Source of the DNA: Heptranchias perlo
Lineage: Eukaryota
Direction of reading: 5' to 3'
Assembly (NCBI RefSeq): GCF_035084215.1
Contig: NC_090347.1
Span: 23,250,001 to 23,314,000, forward strand
Length of the DNA: 64,000 nt
Part shown: one piece after another, positions 49,760 to 61,601 of the stretch
Layout: every line of letters starts with the position of its first letter
How positions within the stretch are numbered: position 1 is the stretch's first letter
The notes under the pieces: generated by a model
What the model saw: only the letters and a program-made list of their open reading frames with translations
Told to the model about the DNA's origin: nothing
Databases searched by the model: none
Made by a program: the position numbers and the translations under genes

Positions 49760-50482
49760 GTAAACTAAATTAACTTTATTTAAATACAGTAGCATTTCAT
49801 GCACAGGCATAAAATAGGAGGAAACTTCTGAGATAAATTAGGATAGGTTTGTTAAACTATTCCGTGTGTGTTTTGCTACATACTAAGATAGGTGTGAAAA
49901 GTAAGTGCCCTCTGCTGGTCAAGACTGAAGTGCCTTTTAAAGACTAACGTTACAGATAAAAATTGTTATGAATATGATAAATTCATTTGCTATGTTTCTA
50001 CAAAAATGTTATTAAAACTGGCAAATTCTGAGCCAGTCTCAAAAAAAAGGAAACAAAATAAGTATGGCTTGTTGATATTTTAAGAAAGTAAGTCAATTGC
50101 ATTAATTTTTCATGTCTTTTTCCAATGCACAAGCAAGGTTGCATTGTAATTCTTAAAATTGAATGTGCATTTTTTACCTTTCTTCTTAAAGTATTGAATT
50201 TTTATGTTAAAATAATGGGCGCAGGTTAGACCTTTTGTAATGTAGGAGGTATTTTTCCCAAAAAAGATTACTTCTCTTGCATTTGTTATTGCTACCTTTT
50301 GCTCAGCCTGCTAGGTTAATTGACATTCCTAAAAGAGGTATGATTCAATTTGCAAATAAAAAGCAGCAATACTTTTAAATCACAGTAAATTTGGATATTC
50401 TTTATTGTATTCATATTAATAGACACCATTTTTTTATATCTTTAGGAATGGTGCAGGAATTAATTGTTTTTTTTTCAATTAG

Positions 50483-50720
50483 ATTGGAGCTGGTGCAAGC
50501 TTACCTGGTATAGTGGCAGCAAAATGTGGTGCCAAAGTAATTTTATCAGATGGTGCTGAGCTTCAGAATTGCTTGGATAACTGTCGTCGAAGTTGCCAGA
50601 TTAATAACCTTGAAGATGTGCCTGTCATCGGACTAACCTGGGGGCAGATATCACCTGATCTAGTACTGTTGCCAAAGATAGACATCATTCTGGGATCTGA
50701 TGTGTTTTATGAGCCTGAAG
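50483..50720 (+). CDS. METTL23: METTL23 coding exon 3 (SAM-binding motif I to DVFY)
   Basis: ttAG|ATT GGA GCT GGT...IGAGASLPGIVAAKCGAKVILSD...GLTWG...DIILGSDVFYEPE(D)|GTAAAG; 238 nt; family-16 methyltransferase motifs. Confidence 0.97.
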
Positions 50721-50907
50721 GTAAAGATTTAAAGTTTCCAAAATCTATTCTATACTTCTGAGCCAGGATAGAAAGGAATATTATATAGTTTCTTTTCTTA
50801 TTCTCTGATGACTGAATCATGTATTTTTTTTTTACAACTGATGATATATTTGTCCTGAGAGAAAAAAAACAAAGAATTCCAGTGCCTATATCATAATTCG
50901 GGTATTT

Positions 50908-51990
50908 ATATAAGAACATAAGAAGTTGGAGCAGGAGTAGGCCATTCAGCCCCTCAATAAGATCATGGCCGGTCTTCTACCTAAACTCCACTTTCCCGCC
51001 CTAACCCTACATCCCATGATTCCCTTGGTGTCCAAAAATCTATCGATCTCAGTCTTGAATATACTCAACTTCAGTTATGTGCATAGACTGGAGAAACTGG
51101 GGTTGTTCTCCTTAGAGCAGAGAAGATTTGACAGAAGTGTTCAAAATCATTCTTTAAATGTTCACCAGTACTGGTGCCATTTCCCCGTGAATTGAAACTC
51201 CTGCTCCCCACACCACTCTTTCATTTAACCATCTAATCTGTTTATCCCTATGTCAATTTACACATAGCTCAGGTAGTAATCCAGAGATTATTACCTTTGA
51301 GGTTCTGCTTTTTAATTTGGACCCTATCTCCTCAAACTCCCTCAGCAGAACCTCATTCCTAGTTCTACCTATATTGTTGGTTCCTGCCTCTCCTGCTTCA
51401 AGTTCTTCTCCAGCCACAAGGAGATGTCCTTAACCCTGGCACCGGGCAGGCAACACAGCCTTCGGGACTCCCGGTCGGGACTACAGAGAACAGTTTCTAT
51501 CCCCCTGACTCTACTATCCCCTAACACATTCCTTTTCGATCCCCCCACTTTAATGGCCTCCTGTACCACGGTGACGTGGTCAATTTGCCCATCCTCCCTA
51601 CAGTCTTTGTTCTTATCCACACAGGTAGCAAGTACCTTGTACCAGTTGGACAAGGGAAAGGCTAGGCTCCTCCATCACTGCATCTGGGGTCCCCATACCT
51701 GCCTGACTTGCAGTCACAACCATCTGTCCCTGACCACTAACCAAATCTAAATCACTACCTAATCTAAGGGTGTGACTGCCTCCTGGGTCAAAGTGTCCAG
51801 GTAACTCTCCCCCTCCCTGATGCATCGCAATATCTGCACCTAGGACTCCAGCTAACAAATCTAAGCCGAAGTTCCTTGAGTTGCAGACACTTACTACAGC
51901 TGTGGTTGCCTGGGATCACGCTGCTCTCCACAAACTCCCACATGCTGCAGCTACGGCACACAACCTGCACTGCCTTCTCTATCTAACCTT
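50908..51990 (-). mobile_element. CR1 fragments including an ORF1 remnant (zinc finger + SGNH esterase)
   Basis: Minus ORFs MQVVCRSCSMWEF...CSKCLQL (CxxC..CxxC) and VLGDSRVRG...CCLPGARVKDI (GDS esterase block), typical of CR1 ORF1; CR1 3' tail at ~50910. Confidence 0.8.
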
Positions 51991-52649
51991 GTTTTATTTA
52001 TTTACTTAATTAAAGTTTTTATATAATTAATTCACTTGGTTTATTTTTAGTTTTTAGACAAATTATTTTATCTAGTTTAATTTATTAATTTAATAAAGTA
52101 TTAGCAAGTTATAGGTTCCTAGATCTGTGTGACCTAACTCACTTCCACCACCTCATCCTGAATGAATCTATGATATCCTGGCTATGAATGAAACCTGGCT
52201 TATGGGCGGTGACTCCTTATCCTTCACCGAAGAATACCTGCCTGGCTCTGCTTGCCACAAAATAGTGTAATACAATGAAAAGTTTTGCTGCTACAATGCT
52301 GGTAATTGTGTGACATCCTTGATGATATTGCGAGTGATAAAATCTAAAACAAAAGGGTGCAACTTTCTTCTTACAAAATATGGTATCGGATTTTAAAAAA
52401 TATTTCCCAAAGGTATGTTGTAACACCCCAAAATGTGTTACTTGGACAGACACTTGACAATACAAGGTTTGTATTATTAATGTATCAGCTATAATACACC
52501 AAATAAGCTTGTTAAGTTTCTAAGCCGCAACTAAGAGCTCTTAATCTTCTGATTTTTATTTCTTACTGCCACCCCCCCCGCCACACACACACTTTTCCTG
52601 CCCATTTTTCTTCTCTCATGTAGGCATTGACTCCTAAGGTATAGTTCCA

Positions 52650-52960
52650 TGGGCTCAAACCACTCTCATGTACCTTGTCTGAGTGGCATTCTTCATATGT
52701 AAACCAAAACACTGTAGTCTTCTGGACTGTAGAGGGCATCACAGCTGAAGTCAATTCTGCGGTCACCCAAGGTCCAGTTCCAGCAGGGTCATTGTATAGT
52801 GATCAGGATGGGATCCCTAGATGACCCTAATCTCGAACCAGGGGTGCAGAGACCTATTGTGATGGCAATACCCTTGCAGTGGCTTGGGATCAGCTAACTC
52901 AGCATAAACTGGGAATTGAACCTGGGATATTCTTGGCCTCTATAGCACAGCTACTCGTGT
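52650..52960 (-). mobile_element. Family B SINE
   Basis: gatcagctaactcagcataaactgggaattgaacctggga is the reverse complement of the family B head. Confidence 0.55.
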
Positions 52961-53278
52961 CAACAAGCTGAATAATTAGAGGAAATTTGAGTGATAAGCA
53001 TTTTATCACCTATAGTATTTTCGGTTTTGCATTTGATCCTTATTGAAATGTGCTGTTTAAACTTACCATAAAATCCAATGTGGAGTTGCAACTTGAGTGC
53101 AGTTTATGCACCCCCTGCGGTTGGTACTGTGAGGATGACTAACACACTGCTTTTTATGCTATATCTAATTTTGTTACGGCTTTCATACTTTGTTTTTAAT
53201 TATCTTATTGCTGAATATGTTAATAAATAGGAAAATGTGTGTAGTTTTAAATTTCCTCTTGAATTGATCTTTTTATAG

Positions 53279-53363
53279 ATTTTGAGGATATTGTAACAAC
53301 TATTTTCTACCTCATGCAAAAAAATCCACATGCGCTTTTCTGGACCACTTATCAGGAACGTAG
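53279..53363 (+). CDS. METTL23: METTL23 coding exon 4
   Basis: tatAG|AT TTT GAG GAT...FEDIVTTIFYLMQKNPHALFWTTYQER(S)|GTAAGT; 85 nt. Confidence 0.95.
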
Positions 53364-53699
53364 GTAAGTTTTTAATTCATTGTGATTGCACCTGAACAGC
53401 ATTTTATTTTTTATTATACTATTTGCATGTGTAATGACAATTGTACATTCAACTGATAGGACTTAGGCTGGAATAGTCACTTCGTTATAATGGTAAAGTA
53501 GCTTCAGATTTAAAAAATTCAGGTTTGCCAGTCTTGACTGGCATTTGCATTCTCATTCTTCCCTTAGAGTGCCAGTTTCATCACTCATAGTTTGGTCATC
53601 TGTTCGATGAAAAGGGAGGAATTGGCTTTCTGTCCTACTACAGCTGAAATGCAACAAGCTCCATAGCTCTCACTCATCAACTCTATGTTGGAGATCTTA

Positions 53700-55740
53700 T
53701 TGCTGGTAGAAGTGGGGAACCTTGGATGACTCGGGAGATTGAGGCCCTAGTCAAAAAGAAGAAGGAGGCATATGACATGCGTAGGCAGCTGGGATCAAGT
53801 GGATCCCTTGAAGAGTATAGAGGTTGCCGGAGTAGAGTTAAGAGAGAAATCAGGAGGGCAAAAAGGGGACATGAGATTGCTTTGGCAGATAAGGCAAAGG
53901 AGAATCCAAAGAGCTTCTACAAGTACATAAAGGGCAAAAGAGTAACTAGGGAGAGAGTAGGGCCTCTTAAGGATCAACAAGGTCATCTATGTGTGGAACC
54001 ACAAGAGATGGGTGAGATCCTGAATGAATATTTCACATCGGTATTTACGGTTGAGAAAGGCATGGATGTTAGGGAACTTGGGGAAATAAATAGCGATGTC
54101 TTGAGGAGTGTACATATTACAGAGAGGGAGGTGCTGGAAGTCTTAACGCGCATCAAGGTAGATAAATCTCCGGGACCTGATGAAATGTATCCCAGGACGT
54201 TATGGGAGGTTAGGGAGGAAATTGCGGGTCCCCTAGCAGAGATATTTGAATCATCAACAGCTACAGGTGAGGTGCCTGAAGATTGGAGGGCAGCAAATGT
54301 TGTGCCTTTGTTAAAGAAGGGCGGCAGGGAAAAGCCTGGGAACAACAGACCGGTGAGCCTGACATCTGTAGTGGGTAAGTTGTTAGAGGGTATTCTGAGG
54401 GACAGGATCTACAGGCATTTGGAGAGGCAGGGACTGATTAGGAACAGTCAGCATGGTTTTGTGAGAGGAAAATCATGTCTCACGAATTTGATTGAGTTTT
54501 TTGAAGGGGTAACCAAGAAGATAGATGAGGGCTGTGCAGTAGACGTGGTGTACATGGACTTCAGCAAAGCCTTTGACAAGGTACCGCATGGTAGGTTGTT
54601 ACATAAGGTTAAATCTCATGGGATCCAAGGTGAGGTAGCCAATTGGATACAAAATTGGCTTGACGACAGAAGACAGAGGGTGGTTGTAGAGGGTTGTTTT
54701 TCAAACTGGAGGCCTGTGTCCAGCGGTGTGCCTCAGGGATCGGTGCTGGGTCCGCTGTTATTTGTTATTTATATTAATGATTTGGATGAGAATTTAGGAG
54801 GCATGGTTAGTAAGTTTGCAGATGACACCAAGATTGGTGGCATTGTGGACAGTGAAGAAGGTTATCTAGGATTGCAGCGGGACCTTGATAAATTGGGCCA
54901 GTGGGCCGATGAATGGCAGATGGAGTTTAATTTAGATAAATGTGAGGTGATGCATTTTGGTAGATCGAATCGGGCCAGGACCTACTCCGTTAATGGTAGG
55001 GCGTTGGGGAGAGTTATAGAACAAAGAGATCTCGGAGTACAGGTTCATAGCTCCTTGAAAGTGGAGTCACAGGTGGATAGGGTGGTGAAGAAGGCATTCG
55101 GCATGCTTGGTTTCATTGGTCAGAACATTGAATACAGGAGTTGGGATGTCTTGTTGAAGTTGTACAGGACATTAGTAAGGCCACACTTGGAATACTGTGT
55201 ACAGTTCTGGTCACCCTATTATAGAAAGGATATTATTAAACTAGAACGAGTGCAGAAAAGATTTACTAGGATGCTACCAGGACTTGATGGTTTGACTTAT
55301 AGGGAGAGGTTAGATAGACTGGGATTTTTTTCCCTGGAGAGTAGGAGGTTAAGGGGTGATCTTATAGAAGTCTATAAAATAACGAGGGGCATAGATAAGG
55401 TAGATCGTCAAAATCTTTTCCCAAAGGTAGGGGAGTCTATAACGAGGGGACATAGATTTAAGGTGAGAGGAGAGAGATACAAAAGGGTCCAGAGGGGCAA
55501 TTTTTTCACTCAAAGGGTGGTGAGTGTCTGGAACGAGCTGCCTGAGGCAGTAGTAGAGGCGGGTACAATTTTGTCTTTTAAAAAGCATTTGGACAGTTAC
55601 ATGTGTAAGATGGGTATAGAAGGATATGGGCCAAGTGCAGGCAATTGGGACTAGCTTAGTGGTATAAACTGGGCGACGTGGACATGTTGGGCCGAAGTTG
55701 CCTGTTTCCATGTTGTAACTTCTATGATTCTATGATCTAT
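53700..55740 (+). mobile_element. Young 5'-truncated CR1 LINE in METTL23 intron 4
   Basis: Intact RT ORF, 3'UTR and (TTCTATGA)n tail at ~55720-55740. Confidence 0.95.
53726..55654 (+). CDS. CR1 ORF2 fragment (RT, 642 aa without stops; lacks endonuclease)
   Basis: KSPGPD, RPVSLTSVVGK, QHGF, MDFSKAFD, GVPQGSVLGP, KFADD, YRTLVRPHLEYCVQFWSP. Confidence 0.88.
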   Translation: MTREIEALVKKKKEAYDMRRQLGSSGSLEEYRGCRSRVKREIRRAKRGHEIALADKAKENPKSFYKYIKGKRVTRERVGPLKDQQGHLCVEPQEMGEILNEYFTSVFTVEKGMDVRELGEINSDVLRSVHITEREVLEVLTRIKVDKSPGPDEMYPRTLWEVREEIAGPLAEIFESSTATGEVPEDWRAANVVPLLKKGGREKPGNNRPVSLTSVVGKLLEGILRDRIYRHLERQGLIRNSQHGFVRGKSCLTNLIEFFEGVTKKIDEGCAVDVVYMDFSKAFDKVPHGRLLHKVKSHGIQGEVANWIQNWLDDRRQRVVVEGCFSNWRPVSSGVPQGSVLGPLLFVIYINDLDENLGGMVSKFADDTKIGGIVDSEEGYLGLQRDLDKLGQWADEWQMEFNLDKCEVMHFGRSNRARTYSVNGRALGRVIEQRDLGVQVHSSLKVESQVDRVVKKAFGMLGFIGQNIEYRSWDVLLKLYRTLVRPHLEYCVQFWSPYYRKDIIKLERVQKRFTRMLPGLDGLTYRERLDRLGFFSLESRRLRGDLIEVYKITRGIDKVDRQNLFPKVGESITRGHRFKVRGERYKRVQRGNFFTQRVVSVWNELPEAVVEAGTILSFKKHLDSYMCKMGIEGYGPSAGNWD

Positions 55741-56989
55741 CTCCCAAGATGTAAGAACTTGCATTTTGCAGTGCCTTCCACGATACCACAAAATGTTTCA
55801 CAACTAATTAAGCACTTTTGAACAGTCATACTTACCTCACTGTTGTAAGGTAGGCTCACATGGTAGCCAATTTGCACAAAAGAGTCTGTTTTTAGTACAG
55901 ATCTGTGACTGTAATTGTGATATAATTCCCTTTTGTCCCATTCCTTTTTAATTCTTAAAATATTTCTCCACCTGATCTTTAGTAGGCCAAATAGCTGTAG
56001 ATCTATTTTTGTGAAATGCAGATTAATCATCTTGTACTGCTGGTATGGTAGCCTAAATGTTATAAGAGACCAAGAACTTGAGCTCCATTACCACTGGCTG
56101 AAATTTTCCATTGATTACATTTACACTGCCACTTTTGTAATACCATAAAGGAGTTTTGGGTGTGCACTCACACACTGGTTTGAGTTCTCAGAAACTTAAG
56201 TGTAAATCCAGATGCATCAACTCAAGTGCAAATGAGTGCAACAGCATCTTTTCGAAGCACTTTTTAGTTGATCCTATAGTTGCAGTAAAGAAGGAGTCAG
56301 TAGCAGTAAGAAAAAAATCACAGTTGAGATCAAGGCTCATTGCGAAAGCTGTACTAAGAGTGAGTAATGTACTGAAAAAAACATTGTTTCCTTCTTCAAC
56401 TCGGTGCAATTTCTGAGAAAAATGAAATATTTGGTGATTTAATAACCTGATGCCAATGTGAAAATCACCTGAACTACTGTTTGTGATCAAGGATTAGTGA
56501 TAAATGATAGGTGGCTTGATGGTGATTATCTCTGATAAAATATAAATTGTGGTTATATAATTTTGTTTCAAATGATCATTTCAAACATGAACTTTACAAA
56601 AAAAGGAAACACTCTGAGTTTAATGGAAAATAAACATTTTACATCCAGACTTGGGATCGAATGCTCTCAGATGAGACACAGGAAGACTACATATAATTTG
56701 GCCTTGATGCAAATCCAGAGGTGAAGAACAGTATTTTAAAGCAGCTAGTTGATCTCCTATGGTGATGTACACTGGCAGTCAAGACAAAGTACAGTGTTCA
56801 GCTCAAGCTTGGGGAGGGTGGGGGAAAGTGGACCGGGGGATAGGGAGTCGGGTGAAAGGAAGAGGACGAGGCAGGTAGGGAAAAGGACACGGGTCTTATT
56901 CAAATAAATACCGCTGGGAACATCCCGAAGTTTGGAGAATTCCATCTACAAAGTAGGGTTATCACAAATATAAGGTGAGAATGGGGTTC

Positions 56990-57910
56990 ATAACATCATA
57001 GAAGGTATAGCACAGGAGGCCATTTGGCCCACCGTGCCTGGACCAGCTCTTTGAAAGAGCTATCCAATTAATTCTATTCCCATAAGTCCTGTAAATATTT
57101 TCCCTTCAAATATTTATCCAATTTATTGAATCTGCTCCCACCACACTTTCAGGCAGTGCATTCCAGATCATTACAACTCACTGTTTAAAAAAAAGTTTCC
57201 TTCTGTCACCTCTGGCTCTTTTGCCAATCATCTTAAATCTGTGTCCTCTGATTATTGACCCATCTGCCACTGGAAACAGTTTCTCCTTATTTACTCTGTC
57301 CAAAACAGTTCATGATTTTGAACACCTCTATCAAATCTCCTCTCAACCTTCTCTGCTCTAAGGAGAACAACCCCAGTCTCCCCACATAACTGAAGTCCCT
57401 CATCCCTGGCACCATTCTAGTAAATCTCTTCTGCACCCTCTCTAAGGCCTTGATGTTCTTCCTAAAGTGTGATGCCCAGAATTGAACACAATACTCTAGC
57501 TGGGACTTAACCAGTGTTTTATAAAGGTTTAGCATAACTTCTTTGTTTTTGTTCTCTATGCCTCTTTTAATAAAAGCCCAGGATCCCATATGCATTTTTA
57601 ACAGCCTACTCAACTTGTCCTGCCATCTTCAAAGATTTATGTACGTGCACCACAGGTCTCTCTGTTTCTGCACCCACTTTAAAATTGTACTATTTGGTTT
57701 ATATTGCCTCCCCTCATTCTTCCTGCCAAAATGTATCACTTCACCCTTCGGTGTTAAATTTCATCTGCCAAGTGTCTGCCCATTTCACCAGTCTGTCTAT
57801 GCCCTCCTGAAGTCTGTTACTATCCTCCACATTGTTTACTACATTTCTGAGTTTTGTGTCATCTGCAAGATTTGAAATTATACCCAAGACCAGGTCATTA
57901 ATATATATAT
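56990..57910 (-). mobile_element. CR1 LINE 3' part, degraded
   Basis: Minus ORFs YINDL..LADDTKL and LYKTLVKSQLEYCVQFW...RRLRGDLIEVFKIM. Confidence 0.9.
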
Positions 57911-58220
57911 CAAAAAGAATAGGGTTGATGTATTTTTTTGTGGGTGTGATGGACAGCAAGGCTGGAGTAGGAGACAATAAAGCTTGAAGTATTTTGTTTT
58001 AAACGTACTCTCACCGAGATGCCTGCTAGGCTCCAGCCAATGCATTGGTTCAGCCCTGCCTAATAGCAAATGCAGTGGAGATTCAAATAAACAGAGTATC
58101 AGTCATGTAACATTAGGAGTCTCCCACTTATTAACATAACATGACCCTCACATCACCACTTACAAAGGACTATGCCAATGGAATGTTGTGGCTGGTCACT
58201 TTTTAATATAATAGATGTGG

Positions 58221-58849
58221 GGGTTGAGTTTCCACTAGTTATATCAGCACAATCCAGGTGGAATCGACAACCAGCGTGAACAATTGGGGAATTTTAAACG
58301 TGAGTTATGCCTAAAACCACTTACATTCATGATTTCCGTGGTCTTTTATGCTGGTTCAAGATTCATTTCGCCCGAATCAGGTCCCATCTTCAGGTCGAAA
58401 TTGCGAGATTCCGCTAGTTTGGGTAGGCTCTTTAAATTGCGCTCATTTTTGTAGGCACGTTTTAAAAGTTTATCAAAAAATATTTAATTTACTAAGAAAC
58501 TGGCTATTAAATGGTTCAGTATAGTTTTTTTTAGTCATTTTCAGTTATTTTAAAATCGGGTTACTTACAGATGGAGGACTGGACACCTAGTAAAAATGCT
58601 TATTTTCATTGATAAAGCAATTTTCAGCTGTACTAATGAAATTGCACCATGTTTCACTCTTAAATATATCAAGGAATACTTTTTAATGGAAAGAAAAAAC
58701 AATTACGTTCTGTTACACTGCCCGATTACACTGGTTCATGGAAGATTTTACATTTGTGATTATGCAAATGAATTTTAGCACAAACTTGGAGCCGAGCCTA
58801 ACTTAACCAGTGCAATTTCCCGTTTGCGCCCAAAGTGGAAACTCTACCC
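58221..58849. mobile_element. Non-autonomous DNA transposon/MITE with ~16-bp TIRs
   Basis: GGGTTGAGTTTCCACT at 58221 and AGTGGAAACTCTACCC ending at 58849; no transposase ORF; TSD not clear. Confidence 0.65.
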
Positions 58850-58860
58850 TTTACAACTTA

Positions 58861-59084
58861 AATTGTAGAGGCAGTTGAAAAGACTATCTGTAATCACCAG
58901 GCATTGTTCTGTGATTTATAAATGCGATAGGTTCGAGGATTTCATTTCCACATTCACCTGAGGAAGGAGGAAGCCTCCGAAAGCTTGTGGATTTTAAAAT
59001 AAAATTGTTGGACTATAACTTGGTGTTGTAAAATTGTTTACAATTGTCAACCCCAGTCCATCACCGGCATCTCCACATCATCTC
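58861..59084 (+). mobile_element. Penelope-like element terminal fragment
   Basis: 58950-59081 nearly identical to 45005-45135; flanked by TACAACTTA at 58852-58860 and 59085-59093 (candidate TSD). Confidence 0.75.
58952..58992 (+). ncRNA. Minimal type-I hammerhead ribozyme motif
   Basis: Stem I ATTCAC/GTGGAT; CTGAGGA; stem II GGAGG-AAG-CCTCC; GAAA; palindromic AAGCTT. Confidence 0.75.
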
Positions 59085-59492
59085 TACAACTTAGTCATTT
59101 GAGTTTCTTGAACTGGGCTTTTATAATTTTAAACTGTCATTCACTTTTCTCTTACATTTTTTGCTCCATCTACTGCCTTTTACTTGCCAGTTTTGATCTT
59201 GGGAAGTTGTCTCAATTTTTCTCTGTCATTATTCTTCGTTAATCTTCCAAGGACTTAACAGGATCTACTTCCACTATTCCTGTCCTAACACACACCAACA
59301 GTACATTAAAGCATGATCTTTAATCTGTGGGAGAACGCTACCCAACATGAGATTACACTTACTATCCCTATTAACTTCACTATATTGATTCAGTCAAATT
59401 TGAGAAGGAACGACAAACCCAGGTTTGGATTATACATGAAATCTGTCTTGCATTATTGTAAGAATTATTTCTGAATAATTTATCTCTTCCAG

Positions 59493-59667
59493 TGCTGATT
59501 GGTCAATTGAAGCATTGCTATACAAGTGGAATTTGAAGTGTGTTCACATTCCACTAGAAACATTTAATGCAGATGAAGAACAGCTTGCTGGATCTAGTCT
59601 GCCTGGAAGTCACACTGTTCACATGATGGTTATCACCTTAAGGACTAGCATTCCCTCAGTCATCTAA
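59493..59667 (+). CDS. METTL23: METTL23 coding exon 5 (last)
   Basis: ttccAG|T GCT GAT TGG...ADWSIEALLYKWNLKCVHIPLETFNADEEQLAGSSLPGSHTVHMMVITLRTSIPSVI-TAA; 175 nt. Five exons total 702 nt = 233 aa. Confidence 0.95.
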
Positions 59668-59836
59668 AGCTGGTCCAGTGGCAAAGATAATTATGCTTTC
59701 CTTGCAGTGAATAGTATTTTAGAAAGATGCAACCTCCACTGCTGCTAACATGTTTTTGATCCAAAATCAATTACTTGCACAGGATCAATTTTAAGGAAGA
59801 TTTCTCTTTTGTATCAAATTGTTTAATATTTTCAAC

Positions 59837-59847
59837 AATAAAATAAA
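59837..59847 (+). promoter_or_regulatory. METTL23: Candidate METTL23 polyadenylation signal (overlapping AATAAA x2)
   Basis: AATAAAATAAA about 170 nt after the stop, followed by T/GT-rich sequence. Confidence 0.5.
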
Positions 59848-61375
59848 AACTTGAAAGGGTGTACTTTAAATTTCTTGATTTTATCTATCAAGCTCTTGGC
59901 TTACTTCAAATCAAAGCAGTCAAACCAAAATTTAGGTAACTTCAATTGTACATTTTTTTTAAAAAAAGGAATGAGGCTGGTTTTGTTTTATTTGCATGGT
60001 TGTGTTCTAAATATTCCAGTTTGTTACATATGCCATGAATAAGTGAAAAATGTACAAGAGAAACATTTCACCACATAGTACAGTTTTGATGTTGAAAGGA
60101 TTTGTCTAGGTCATGGGAGTTACAGGAATAAAAATGTGGAATCGTGTGGCTTAAAATCTTTTGATAAATACATTAATAAGGTTTAAAACCAATAATCCCT
60201 TTTTCTTTGTGTTTGAAATAAAGAGTATCCTAATTCTGAACAGGGCCTGCCATCAGCGCTCCTGTCAAACCGCTGACCGAGTATGTGATCCAAAATCACT
60301 GCTGCACATTTATGTATACTCTGTGTATTTGATATTATAGCCTAGTCTTAACTGTCATTGTTCAAAGATCCTAGACAAGAAACCAGTAAATAAAAAGTCT
60401 ATTTATAGCACCCAGCAGTGATTTCCAGGTCTCAGCTTCTACCTCGTCTCGGAACTCGGGTGGATTGAAGTGTTCTTTTTCCCTGAAGCAAAGGATCTCA
60501 TTCTATTGAGGTGGGCAAACTAGAAATGGTAACGTTCAGTCGAAAGAAAAGGTTTCCTATTCAAAGGGATTGTCTTAGATTGGCTTAAAAGTGTACCTAT
60601 GCAGTGCATGTTTCATTTATGAGGAACAATCAAGGTTCCTACTTGCACTATTTTGTTGTCTCCAAGTAAAGAATATTTCCAACCCATCCTGGATCTTGAA
60701 AGAAAAAAGGAGGGTACTAAATACTAAACCATCATCTAACTACAGTATTTCATATGTACTCTGATCTAAATGGACATATTCAACTTTCTTCCCCAAATCC
60801 TGAAACAAAACTGTCCAGTAGGCCCTTGTATTTTGAAGTCGTTGCTGTTTGTCATCAGTTTTGTCCCTTTCTCCATTCCAAACAATCCTGGGCATGTTAG
60901 GGCCAACTCATGCTACTTGGGAGTTCTGAGGTCAATATGGAATTCAGTTACATGCATTATTGTTCCAAATGCCACATTCTCAGCATAAATGCCCAGGAAG
61001 CAGTCGATGAGTTGATACTAAGATAAACATGCATAGTGGGTTAATGCACATGTAACCCTTTACCAAAGTCCTACAGATCTTGCATTTCTAGACAATTGTT
61101 TCTGAAGCAGTAAGATATTAGGGATCTTATTTTTAAACAATATTTTGCTTAATGGGTTTTAAAATGTATTTTGTTTCAGCACTAGTTAGCAAACAGAACA
61201 GAAAATTAAAACTCATTTCACTAAAACCAGAGGCACTGGCTTAAAGTCAAGTTACTGTAGATTACATTTGTTACGCTGGAATTTAGAATTCCACTCCTTT
61301 TATAAGCATTATATAGATTTCCAAAGAATAACACACATTTGGTGTGCAATTCCTTAATGCTAATCACACAACTAA

Positions 61376-61601
61376 TCTTTCTACTTGTATTGGATTTGTT
61401 ACTTTTACCTGGCCTTTGTTTTCTAGTGGTATCTTGCCTCAGTTCATTTTTGATTTTGCTTTCAACGCAGGAGACAGTCTTGGTGCTGGGCTAGCCCTTG
61501 TCTCCTGCACTGAAAACAAAATTAAAGATGAACTGTGAGGCAAAGTACTACTAGAAAACCAAGGCCAAGTAAAAGTAACAAATCCAATGAAAGTAGAAAG
61601 A
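61376..61601. repeat. Long imperfect inverted repeat (~100-bp arms, ~20-nt loop)
   Basis: TCTTTCTACTT..ATTGGATTTGTTACTTTTAC..GCAGGAGACA versus TGTCTCCTGC..GTAAAAGTAACAAATCCAAT..AAGTAGAAAGA. Confidence 0.85.
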
